Source: Ascoidea asiatica JCM 7603 (lineage: Eukaryota; Fungi; Ascomycota). Taken from it: a stretch of DNA of 64,000 nt. The notes under the pieces are model-generated. The model was not told the DNA's origin and did no database searches. It worked only from the letters and a program-made list of their open reading frames with translations. Position numbers and translations under genes: made by a program. Where the stretch lies: NCBI GenBank assembly GCA_001600695.1, contig BCKQ01000006.1, positions 17,258 to 81,257 on the forward strand. Direction: 5' to 3'. Below are positions 54,791 to 64,000 of this stretch, one piece after another. The stretch's first letter is position 1. The number at the start of each line of letters is the position of its first letter.

Positions 54791-57716
54791 ACAACTTAAC
54801 AATAATATAAATAATAATAGTAATGGACATTTAATAAATTTAAATTCTAATTCAAATTCAAATCCTAATTTAATATCTGATGATCAAAATTCAAATTCCA
54901 ATTCCGTTTATGGTTCTCCAGTTTTAAAACCAACAGCAAATTTATTATTTCAACAACAACAAATATTGAATGAAAATATAAATAATAATAACTTAAATAA
55001 TAACTCATCTAATAATATATCTCCAATGAAATTACAAAAAATGTCAAGCTCTAATAATATTTCTCACGTACAACAATATAATTATAATAGTGATAATGAA
55101 AATGCTCCATTAAATTTCATGCCACCATTATCTCCATCTGCTCATTATAAATTAAAAAATAATAATAATAATAGTAATAATTATGAAACTTCTTCAGTTT
55201 ATAGTAATTCTTCATTTTTCAATCCTCAAAATCTTTCTCATATTCAACAACCTCCACCTCAACCTCAAAGAAATAGTTCAATATTTGGTGGTTCATTATT
55301 ATTTAATACAAATGAAGATATATCTTCAGATTCTGATGAAACGTTTGTTTATGAATCAAGAAATGATTTTCAAAAAATTAAAAATTTACAAAATGATTTA
55401 TTTGTAGTTCCAAATAATCAAAACAATCAAAATACTACTTCTAATTATACTTCAAACCCAAATTCAAATTCAAATTCAATTAATTATAATCCAAATAATT
55501 CAATAAGTAATAAGATTTTGAAAAATCAAAGAAGTAAAAATATAAGGCATCATTCTCATATTAATAACCCATTAATTAGTCAAATAATTACAAATTCAAA
55601 TTCTAATATAAATCCTAACTCAAATTCAACCCCAAATACAAATACAAATCCAAACCCAAATACGAATTCAAATAATCATTCAAATTATAATTCAGATACA
55701 GATTCAAGAAGTTATTTGAGTACTGATCCAATAAGTGCCGATAATACTACTCATAATTCCAATACTAACGCTAATAATATTATCAATAACTCAAATACAA
55801 ATAATCCAGATAATAATGGAAATCAGTTAAATTCTAATAGAAAATCTTTTTTAACTTCTCCAAAAGTAGCACGTAGAAATTCTCTGAGAATTCAAAGCGT
55901 TAATGAAATAAATACTAAAACCTCAAATTCATCTTCATTCAATACTCAAAATGAAAAGTTCCATCAGCAACAATATCAACCATCTAATTTAAAAAAAAGT
56001 GGTAGACCAAATTTATCAAATCTTGTTATAACTAATCCTAATATTGCAAATATTGTTCAAGAGCATAATCATACCAGAAGAAATAGTAGCTATTCCTCTG
56101 CTTCCAGAAGATATCCTCAAGATTATAATCTTTCATCCGATGAATCTGATAATGATTCTATTGTTGAAGATTATTGTATTAATGAAAATACACCTCTAAA
56201 TTTAGACATAAGTAGTATCAGAGGGAATCAAAATAACAACTCAAATTCAAGTCCTAACCCCCCTCCTCAAACTATAAATAAATATCAGAATTCAAAAAAT
56301 GATAATCACAACATAACTAGAAGAATTCTGGCCAATTTATCTTCAAATAATAGAAGTTTACGTGAAACTTTATCAAGACTTACAATGATTGATTCCTTTC
56401 CTCCTGATCAAGATCAAAATCAAAATCAAAATTCTAATGAAAATTATAATAATAGACGAGGTAATAATATCAACAATAACTCAAACTTAATTCCAACAAA
56501 AAGCTTGAATAGTTCACCATTAAAACCTCCATTGAAAATGAGTAAAACTAGAAAATCATATTTTTATGGAGCTACTAATGATCATTTACCAAATCAACCT
56601 CTTAATCCAGGTTATTTCCCAGCTCCATCATTATTTCATTCAGAATCCTTTTATAATGGTAAAGGAAATTCGTCTTTAGATAATATTCCATATTCATCAG
56701 GATCCACCCCACTTTTAAGTAATAATGGATCAAACAGGAGATCATTAGACAGAAATAATAATTATTACAGAAATTCTAAACATAGTTATAATTTTATATT
56801 AAAATTTTGTTTAAATATGTTAATTTTTTCAATGATTATGATTATTTTCCTATTTTTCATAGCATATTCACATTTAAGTAATCCACTTATGAAATTAAAA
56901 ATTGATAAAATCAATCATGTTTTAAGTGCAGAAAATTTATTAATGTTTGACATTAATGTTGAAGCATATAATCCAAATTGGAATGATATAAAAATATATT
57001 ATGTTGATTTAGATATTTTTGCTAAAACAGCATATGCGAATCCTGTTGATGAAGGTACTGACCCAATTAATCCCGGTGATTCAACTGGGTTAACAAGTAC
57101 TAAAGAAATGGATGGTTATGAAACTGTACTTCTAGGTAATGTTTTGGAATTAGATGCACCTTTTGATTTTCCAGGAATGGTATCATTTGATGGATTATTT
57201 AATTTTTCATCTCATCCACCTAAAAGTTTTTTAAGTACAGGTCAAGTTAAGCTTATGCATCCATGTGAACCAATTAATGATGATAGAAATCATGGAATTG
57301 ATGATGGAAGTCAAACTGATCCTATTGATCATGAAGGACCTGATAATAGTGATGATGGAGATAATGACGATCTATTACCTATTATTTCTAAAATTTTAGA
57401 TCGTGTTCGTCGTTATCTCAAAAGACAATTTGGAAATTCTGAATCTGATTCTGATTCTTTTTGGAATGATTTTGGCAGTGGTTCTGGAAATCAGCCATAT
57501 TTTGAGAAAACTAATGTAATTCAAAAACAATCAAATTCAGATAAAGAAGAGCCTTCCGTTAAAAGATATGATCAATTAGAAGACCCAGCTATTCGTTGGA
57601 AAAGAATTTCTTCACATCCATATGCCCTAATAGTTAGAGGAATGTTGAAATATAAAACTTTTTTTGGAGATGGAAGACTTATAAGTATTTATGAAACAGT
57701 TAATGTTGAAAAATAG
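53958..57716 (+). CDS. VAC7: Vacuolar membrane Fab1 activator Vac7
   Basis: DSDETFVYES, ENTPL, a single TM helix, then the luminal LMFDINVEAYNPN..DLDIFAKT..ETVLLGNV..WKRISSHPYALIVRGMLKY segment. Confidence 0.88.
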
Positions 57717-58595
57717 ATTGTCTTCAAGAAACTTATCAAATCGGTTTGAATGATTACCTAGTTTTTGAAAAGTAATTTCCTTGTTTTGGCTATCATTGGT
57801 TTTTAATCTCCTTGCTATATTTTTTTTGTTCAAAATTCAAAAAATTTTAAGATACTATAATGTTACTACTTAATTCTATATGTTTCAATATAGAAACTAT
57901 CAAATCTACTGAATTATTTGATTACTATTTTTTTTTAACAACTTGCTTCTCAATATTGTTGATTATTCATACTATTTTCTTCTTTAATGCTCTTTTTTAA
58001 CTTTTTTCTTATATTTTTTTTTTTTTTTTGCGAAGAATCTAAATAAAAAAAATTTGATGTATTATAGCTTATTGATTTATTTTATTTACTGGTTTTTGCT
58101 GGCTTTTATCTAATTTTAATTCATTTTCTTGCACAAGGATTTTGAGATTAAGAGTTGCATGAATCTTAGTTATTCTTAATCTCTTAATTCCATTTCTATT
58201 TCCATTTTCCTATATAGAAACAATCCTTTTTACAATTACATTATTGTTATTATTATATATATATATACTATACATAAATCTCTTTGATTTTTTTTACGGT
58301 TTTTATATATTTTATATATTTCATATTTTATACATTTTATACAGTTTATACATTTCATTTACATTTTTTTTTCAAATCAATCCCAGATACATTCAAATTC
58401 CTTACGAGAATACGAATTGTTAATGAAATTTAGAACATAGAAAAGTCACGTGGAATTTCGATGAAGTTATAAAATTGTTTCTATTATTTTTATTGGTAGT
58501 TGAGTTCATTTTAATAACTTTAGATCTCTTTAATCTTTTCTTTTTTTTAATTTTAAAAGAAAAGAGTTGGATATATTTGGATAATATAGTAGAAG

Positions 58596-59456
58596 ATGAC
58601 TGTGTTTAGAGGTTGCATAGATATTCATGATGGACAAGTGAAACAAATAGTTGGATCAACTCTTACCGAGAACAAAACAGCTGAAGCAAGTAGTAAAAAT
58701 AATGATTTGAATTTATCAACAAATTTCATTTCAGATAAGGATAGTTCATATTATGGAGATTTATATTTCGATAATAAAATATATGGAACTCATATTATAA
58801 AATTAGGAGCATCAATAAAAAATGATTTAATTGCAGAAAGTTTAGTTAAATTACATCCTGGATTTTTTCAAATTGGTGGTGGTATAAATGATAAAAATTG
58901 TTTAGATTGGATTAAAAAAGGTGCAAAACAAGTTATTATAACTTCATGGTTATTTTCTAATGATGAATTTCAAATGAGTAAAGTTAAAGAATTAAATAAG
59001 ATTTTATCAAGAGATCAATTAATTATTGATTTAAGTTGTAAAGTAAAAATTAATTCAATTTCAAAGAAAAAAGAATGGTTTGTAACTATAAAAAAATGGA
59101 CAATTTTGACCAAATTAAAATTAACTCTAGAATTATTTGAAGAATTATCAAGTTATTCAAGTGAGTTTTTAATTCATGCTGCTGATGTTGAAGGACTTTG
59201 TAAAGGTATTGATTTAGATTTAATCGCAGAATTAAGTTTATGGTTAAAAAGAAGTAAAATATTAAATGAAAAACAAAATAAAATTAAAATTGTGTATGCT
59301 GGTGGTGGAAAAGATATAAATGATCTAAAGAAAATCGATGAAATTTCTGAAGGAAGAATTGATTTGACTTTTGGTTCTGCATTGGATATATTTGGTGGTT
59401 CTTTGGTGAAGTTCGAGGATTGTGTTCAGTGGAACCGAATTCATGAAAATAATTGA
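58596..59456 (+). CDS. HIS6: ProFAR isomerase (histidine biosynthesis)
   Basis: MTVFRGCIDIHDGQVKQIVG, QIGGGIN, EFLIHAADVEGLCKGID and DLTFGSALDIFGG. Confidence 0.97.
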   Translation: MTVFRGCIDIHDGQVKQIVGSTLTENKTAEASSKNNDLNLSTNFISDKDSSYYGDLYFDNKIYGTHIIKLGASIKNDLIAESLVKLHPGFFQIGGGINDKNCLDWIKKGAKQVIITSWLFSNDEFQMSKVKELNKILSRDQLIIDLSCKVKINSISKKKEWFVTIKKWTILTKLKLTLELFEELSSYSSEFLIHAADVEGLCKGIDLDLIAELSLWLKRSKILNEKQNKIKIVYAGGGKDINDLKKIDEISEGRIDLTFGSALDIFGGSLVKFEDCVQWNRIHENN

Positions 59457-60219
59457 ACTTGCAAAGATTTCATAATTTTTGAAATAATTCTTTCATATCT
59501 ATCTAAGATCTATCTAAGTTATTCAATTCATCTATATTATCAAAAAAATAAATATTTCAATTAAAACTTTAAAAATTCTTAGCATTTGTTTTAATTGAAG
59601 AGATTTATACTCAATTTTACATAAAAATGTTTTGATTGAATTGAAGATTTTACTTTATTATTTGATATAATTATGTTTAATTTATTTATAAGTGGTTACT
59701 TTTCTTGCTTATTTTTAAAAGACTTTATTTACATTTTGAGGAAAATTGTTATGATTATGAATATTTGATGGTTTTTTTGGGAAGGTCTGAAATTTTGAAG
59801 TCATAAATCCAGCTGAATATCAAGAAGTTTGATAAGTTTTATAAATATATTTTCAACTCCTTTTTAGTCACTTTATTCTATTAAAGTTTTCAACTCATTG
59901 TAAGTATCTATATCATTCAAACCATGTAACTGATAAATCACTCAAATGAATAAATAATTCAAATAACGATTTTTTGAGGAAGTTTATTTCTCCATCTTTA
60001 ATATAAAAGAAGACACTCGCACGTGATCTTGCTTATCGTTTGAGGAAATAAACAAAGAATTTGTGAGATTTGAGCATAAACAAAATATTGTTTTGCATTG
60101 TTGAGATTCAGACATAATTAGAAATAGATTTAATAAAAAGAAGCAAAAGGATTATTGAATTACTATTCAGTATAATAATCAACTAAGCTGTGATCAAAGC
60201 TGAATCATAAACATTGAAT

Positions 60220-61974
60220 ATGGAAAACACTCAGTTAGGAAGAAGATCTCGTAAAACGGGGTTATTTATAAGTGACGATTCTCAAATTAAAAAAACAGAT
60301 GATGGTATAGAAGATCTCAATGATTTTTATAATTATTTAGATAAAAGCAAGCATTCTACTCCCTTAGGAAAATCAAAGCCAATAGTTAATACATATAAGT
60401 CCAAAAAAAAATCAACTCCATTGAAAAAAAGTAGTAAAACTAATAATTCAACTCCTTCAAAAAAATTAGCTTCATTGTCAATAAATTCTAATTCTAGTAA
60501 AAAAAGAAAATCCAGTATTGATTCAAATGTTAATTCAAGTATGAATTCAAATATTGAAAATGCTTTAAAATTTACTCCTATAAAACCTTCAAAATCAAAA
60601 GTGAAATCAAATTCCAATTTGAATTCAAATACAAAGACTAAAACAAAAAAAAATTCCAAATTGAATTCAAAAATAAATGAGAATATTTCAAATAGTCCAA
60701 TTGATCAAAATGATTTTGATGTGGATATGGATACAGATTCAAAATCAAATAGTAGTAGTGAAAGTGATATTGAATTAGAAGAGCAGAATGAAAATATACC
60801 AATAAGTAAAAGATTGCAAAAGGAAAAGGATAAAATGTTGAGTAAAAAAAAAGTAATAAATCATAAACAACCCACGAATCATAATAATAGTAATAAAAAT
60901 AATAATTTCAGTGATAATGATGATAATGATTCAATGTCGGATTTTGATGATATAAATGAGAATGAAATTGAAAATAAAAATATAAAAAGTCCGATTAAAA
61001 AACAAATATCAAAATCAGCAACGAAAAAACAATTAAGTAGTAAAACTAATACTAAAGTTAAACCAAAATCTAATACTAAAAGAACTACATCAAATAAATC
61101 TAAAATTTCAAAGTCCAATATTATAAATAAAAAAAAAATAGAAAATGATATAGATTCAGATACTCAATCTTTAAATGAATTAAGAAGATCTTCAAGAACT
61201 AAAGTTAAACCATTAGCATTTTGGAAAAATGAATCAATTGTGTATGATTATAAAAATAATAAAGATCATGTTGGTACTATCTTAGATGTTAAAAGAAATG
61301 ATCAACCTGATTTTACTTATTTTCAACCACAAAAATCTTCAAATAAGAAAAAAGTTTTAAATAAATCAAAAAATAATATTAACAGTAATACTAGTAATGA
61401 ACAAGAAAAAATCAAAATAAAACATTATGGTAAAATTGATGATTTCTATGAGGATGAATTAAACGAAATTAAATCAGATAAGAATATTTCAAAAGATGAA
61501 ATTAGCTGGTTTAATAATAAAAATGGTAATTTAACTGTAAACGTATTTAAAGCCCCTGATAGTAAAGAAAAAGTGAAAAGAACTGTAGCTCATGCTCCAA
61601 ATAAACAATCATTCAAAGAAGTTCTAGGAAGTACAAAAGATAATTTCAAGTTGACCGTATTATTTCAAGAAGATAAAGAATTTGCTGCAAGTGGTATGTT
61701 ATTATTACCAATAAATGGTATGAAACAATTGAAAAATACTGATAACACATATTTTATTTTTTTTGTTATAAATGGTATAATTCAAGTAACCTTATCAGAT
61801 AATACTTTCATCGTTTCTAGTGGTTGTTCATTTGAGATTCCAATGGGTAATTTTTATCAATTTGTTAATAAAGGTAAAACTGAAGCCAAAATGTTTTTTG
61901 TACAAACAAAATATGTTACTTTAGAAGATGAATATGATGATGACGAAGATGAAGATGGAGATGAAGAAGAGTAA
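60220..61974 (+). CDS. MIF2: Kinetochore protein CENP-C
   Basis: N-terminal LGRRSRKTG, CENP-C motif LRRSSRTKVKPLAFWKNESIVY and C-terminal cupin (FEIPMGNFYQFVNKG...MFFVQ); ATG at 60220. Confidence 0.93.
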   Translation: MENTQLGRRSRKTGLFISDDSQIKKTDDGIEDLNDFYNYLDKSKHSTPLGKSKPIVNTYKSKKKSTPLKKSSKTNNSTPSKKLASLSINSNSSKKRKSSIDSNVNSSMNSNIENALKFTPIKPSKSKVKSNSNLNSNTKTKTKKNSKLNSKINENISNSPIDQNDFDVDMDTDSKSNSSSESDIELEEQNENIPISKRLQKEKDKMLSKKKVINHKQPTNHNNSNKNNNFSDNDDNDSMSDFDDINENEIENKNIKSPIKKQISKSATKKQLSSKTNTKVKPKSNTKRTTSNKSKISKSNIINKKKIENDIDSDTQSLNELRRSSRTKVKPLAFWKNESIVYDYKNNKDHVGTILDVKRNDQPDFTYFQPQKSSNKKKVLNKSKNNINSNTSNEQEKIKIKHYGKIDDFYEDELNEIKSDKNISKDEISWFNNKNGNLTVNVFKAPDSKEKVKRTVAHAPNKQSFKEVLGSTKDNFKLTVLFQEDKEFAASGMLLLPINGMKQLKNTDNTYFIFFVINGIIQVTLSDNTFIVSSGCSFEIPMGNFYQFVNKGKTEAKMFFVQTKYVTLEDEYDDDEDEDGDEEE

Positions 61975-62144
61975 GCTTAAATAGATCTAGAGTAAAGCTT
62001 TTTTTTTTCTTATTCAACAGATGTTTTCAATATCTTTTTTTGTTTTTGTTTTTGTTTTTATGGCTCTAACTGTAATTATATAATTGTAATTTTAATATTT
62101 TATTCTCTTTCATTAATAATTGTTTCACTAAATACAGTCAACAA

Positions 62145-63566
62145 CTACTCTATATCATCCAAGTTATCAATAATTATATTTTCCTGGACTTTAGAAAAAT
62201 TTTCCCAGTAACTTTCGAATAAATTGATTAAAATTTTAACATCATCGCTACCGCAAGTTTCTCTAATACTATGCATACTTAATTGAGGATTACCAATATC
62301 AAGACATCTAATACCTAATTTTGAACAAACTATTGGACCAATTGTAGAACCACAAGAACTATCATTTTTTACAACAAAAAGTTGTAAGGGAACTTTTTCT
62401 TTTGCTAATTCTGCACATTTTTTAATTAATATAATACCTGGAGAATTTGTTGAATATCTTTGATTTGCATTTATTTTAATTACAGGACCCTTATTTAAAA
62501 AAGGTTTATGATTTTTTTCATGAGCTGATGAATAATTTGGATGAACACCATGAGCCATATCAGATGATAAAAAAAAAGATTTAGCTGCAGATTCATAAAA
62601 TCTTGAACCATTATTATCTAAATTTGATAATCTATCAAGTACAGAAGGTAAAAAATTTGAATCAGCACCTTGAGCAGATTTACTACCTATTTCTTCATGA
62701 TCAAAACAAGTGAAAACTTTAATTGAAGATTCAATTGATAAATTTTTTGAAGAATTTATAAAAGCTTCTAAACCTGCAAAACATGAAGTTAAATTATCCA
62801 ATCTTCCACTGAATATAAATTCATCATTAATTCCACCCATTGTAGAAGGATTTGTATCATGTAAAATTAATTCAAAATCTTCTATATCATTCACCTCACA
62901 ATTACATTCATTTGCAATTAAATCAATTAATTGATTATTGTGTCTTTTAATAATTTCTGGAAAAAAAGGTAATTCTTTCTCTATTTCTTTTTTTTTAGAA
63001 CATGAATGATTTTCACCTTCTAAACCAAATATTGGTGTTAAATGAGTTTCTTTATTAAATTCAAATTTTGTATTAACAGTTCTATCTAAATGAATAGCTA
63101 AAGTTGGAATATTTAAAATTGGTTTATTTATTTGAATTAATTTTGGAATTATTTTATTATTATATTTGATTAAAACTCTACCACTTAAACCAAAAGATCT
63201 ATCAAAATAAGTATGAAATATTCCTCCACCATAAGTTTCAACACCAAGTTGAAGATAACCATTTGAAGTAATTTTTGAGACTGGTTTAATTCTTAAACTT
63301 GGAGAATCTGTATGAGCGCCAACAATTGAAAATCCAGCACCTGAAGTTGCTTTAGAACCTATTTGAAATGCAATTATTGAAGAACCATTTCTAGTAACAA
63401 AATAAGACTTTCCCTTTTGTATTTTATCAACCCAAGATGATTTTTCAGAAAGTTCTTTAAAATTTTCTGAAAGAAGTCTTTTTTTCATGTTTTCAACCGC
63501 CAAATAAGGAGATGTTGAAGCATTAAGAAAAGAGACAAACTCCTTTGCTACTGTTTTTGAAGACAT
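62145..63566 (-). CDS. APE4: Aspartyl aminopeptidase (M18)
   Basis: GAHTDSP, PTLAIHLDR, GRLDNL, FDHEEIGS, SSDMAHGVHPNY, CGSTIGP and QLSMHSIRE. Confidence 0.96.
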   Translation of the reverse strand: MSSKTVAKEFVSFLNASTSPYLAVENMKKRLLSENFKELSEKSSWVDKIQKGKSYFVTRNGSSIIAFQIGSKATSGAGFSIVGAHTDSPSLRIKPVSKITSNGYLQLGVETYGGGIFHTYFDRSFGLSGRVLIKYNNKIIPKLIQINKPILNIPTLAIHLDRTVNTKFEFNKETHLTPIFGLEGENHSCSKKKEIEKELPFFPEIIKRHNNQLIDLIANECNCEVNDIEDFELILHDTNPSTMGGINDEFIFSGRLDNLTSCFAGLEAFINSSKNLSIESSIKVFTCFDHEEIGSKSAQGADSNFLPSVLDRLSNLDNNGSRFYESAAKSFFLSSDMAHGVHPNYSSAHEKNHKPFLNKGPVIKINANQRYSTNSPGIILIKKCAELAKEKVPLQLFVVKNDSSCGSTIGPIVCSKLGIRCLDIGNPQLSMHSIRETCGSDDVKILINLFESYWENFSKVQENIIIDNLDDIE

Positions 63567-64000
63567 TACTAATAACTGATTTCAGACTATTGAAACTATT
63601 AAAGATAGCTCTGTGTGATGGTTCTTTCTTTTGAGAAAATAATATCCACTTTGAATCAAATCAAATATGATCTAATACTGAATTTCTCAGAATTAGACTT
63701 GGAAGTTTGTTTTATTATGAGAATTCGTGGGAGCATATTTGTTGTGAAGAAGCTAAAATTGAATTGGGTTTGTTTATTTGGAGGCAAACGGGTAATTTCC
63801 CCATAGTTAAGAAAACGGCAGTGAGTTGAGTTAACCTCACTGCCGTTTTGTATTGCGAAGACAACTCTGAAGAAAGTCACAGCAAAGAAATTCTTTTTTT
63901 TTTTCATGAAGTTTTATAAATCGAAGAGATAATTGAGATAATGGATGATGATAAAGATTATTAACAAAAAGAATTACATATAGAATTCTTGAGAATAAGA

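Overview
A very AT-rich budding-yeast (Saccharomycotina) chromosomal segment. The evidence is spliceosomal introns with TACTAAC-type branch points, yeast orthologues and Asn-rich low-complexity proteins; the style suggests an Ascoidea-like genome, which is an inference. Housekeeping genes: BET2, a Cdc11/Spr28-group septin, a HAD phosphatase, AGE2, PEF1, RAD27, OSM1/FRD1, VMA16, PMP3 (missed by the ORF track), a TPO1-like MFS transporter, FIG4, PEX14, PRP38, RSM22, SLI15/INCENP, VAC7, HIS6, MIF2 and APE4. Non-coding genes: two identical initiator tRNA-Met genes and an enlarged RNase MRP RNA (NME1). The most unusual region is the first 11.4 kb. An inverted pair of [RBR E3 ligase with a C-terminal multi-pass membrane region + tRNA-iMet] units brackets an RNase III/Dicer-like gene that has lost its catalytic acidic residues. 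One RBR copy keeps the catalytic Cys but is separated from its membrane tail by a +1 shift at AAA-TAG; the other is uninterrupted but lacks the catalytic Cys. Also notable are a strongly diverged RPB9-like gene, two introns with AAG acceptors, an LRR pseudogene, a perfect 71-bp triple repeat abutting the OSM1 start, and an isolated TFIIIC B-box or tRNA relic. All calls come from reading the sequence and recalled family motifs; no searches were run.
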